Sequence record: SRR22947727_1369
DNA: 43,014 bases
Strand: one strand, 5' to 3'
Part shown: piece by piece, positions 42,634 to 43,014 of the stretch
How positions within the stretch are numbered: position 1 is the first letter of the stretch
Layout of the letters: every line of letters starts with the position of its first letter
Translations under genes and position numbers: made by a program
The notes under the pieces: generated by a model
What the model was told of the DNA's origin: nothing
Seen by the model: only the letters and a program-made list of their open reading frames with translations
The model's database searches: none

Positions 42634-43014
42634 ATGGTAGTAATTAGACTTTCAAGAGGCGGTTCTAAAAAAAGACCTTATTTCAATGTAGTGGTTGCTG
42701 AGTCAAGCAAAAAAAGAGATGGCAGATTCATCGAGCGTGTTGGTTTTTATAATCCAAGTGCTAGAGAAGGATCTGAAACTCTTAGGTTAGAGTCGGAAAG
42801 AATAGAATATTGGCAGTCAAATGGAGCGCAACTCTCTGAAACAGTAAATAGAATAGTAAAGCTTAATGCAAAAGGACCGGATGGATTGGTTGCGATGAAA
42901 AAGAAAGATGAAGCAAAAGCATTAGCTAGAAAAAATAAAAAAGCAGCTGATAAAGCAGCTAAAGCTGAAGAAGCAGTTTCAGCGGAAGAAGCTGCTGCCC
43001 CTGCGGAAGAAGCT
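42634..43014 (+). CDS. rpsP: 30S ribosomal protein S16 with C-terminal extension (runs off the window)
   Basis: Not in the ORF track. Manual translation: [41 protein letters not shown]...[13 protein letters not shown]..., open to the window end. Confidence 0.96.
   Translation, partial: MVVIRLSRGGSKKRPYFNVVVAESSKKRDGRFIERVGFYNPSAREGSETLRLESERIEYWQSNGAQLSETVNRIVKLNAKGPDGLVAMKKKDEAKALARKNKKAADKAAKAEEAVSAEEAAAPAEEA

Noticed and set aside
1-43014. Amber (TAG) codon reassignment explaining RF1 loss
   Set aside because: All other conserved genes translate full-length under the standard code with no internal TAG, and TAG marks natural protein ends.

Overview
AT-rich, tightly packed core-genome segment of a streamlined betaproteobacterium. 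Gene content, order and protein style suggest Methylophilaceae of the OM43/Methylopumilus type (inference). Order: ampG(partial)-metW-metX-prmC-prfA-hemA (minus); rpe-gph-trpEGDC-hemB (plus); conserved hypothetical-mrcA (minus); aroK-aroB-dgt-major porin (plus); ntrC-ntrB-glnA (minus); aroE; uvrA (minus); MFS-ssb-FmdB-DUF502-aspS-VOC-yjbQ; CBS protein (minus); yebC-ruvCAB-ybgC-tolQRAB-pal-cpoB-queE-queC-rpsP(partial). I found no mobile element, CRISPR array, tRNA or rRNA, and no new multi-gene system. The strongest anomaly is prfA (release factor 1), which is broken by an apparent ~100-bp frameshifting deletion at a 4-nt microhomology (4476-4479), although TAG is still used as a stop in the window. 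Lesser observations: NtrC boxes upstream of glnA with no sigma-54 -24/-12 element, tandem TGT-N12-ACA palindromes upstream of the porin, no pilMNOPQ between mrcA and aroK, and a C-terminally extended S16.
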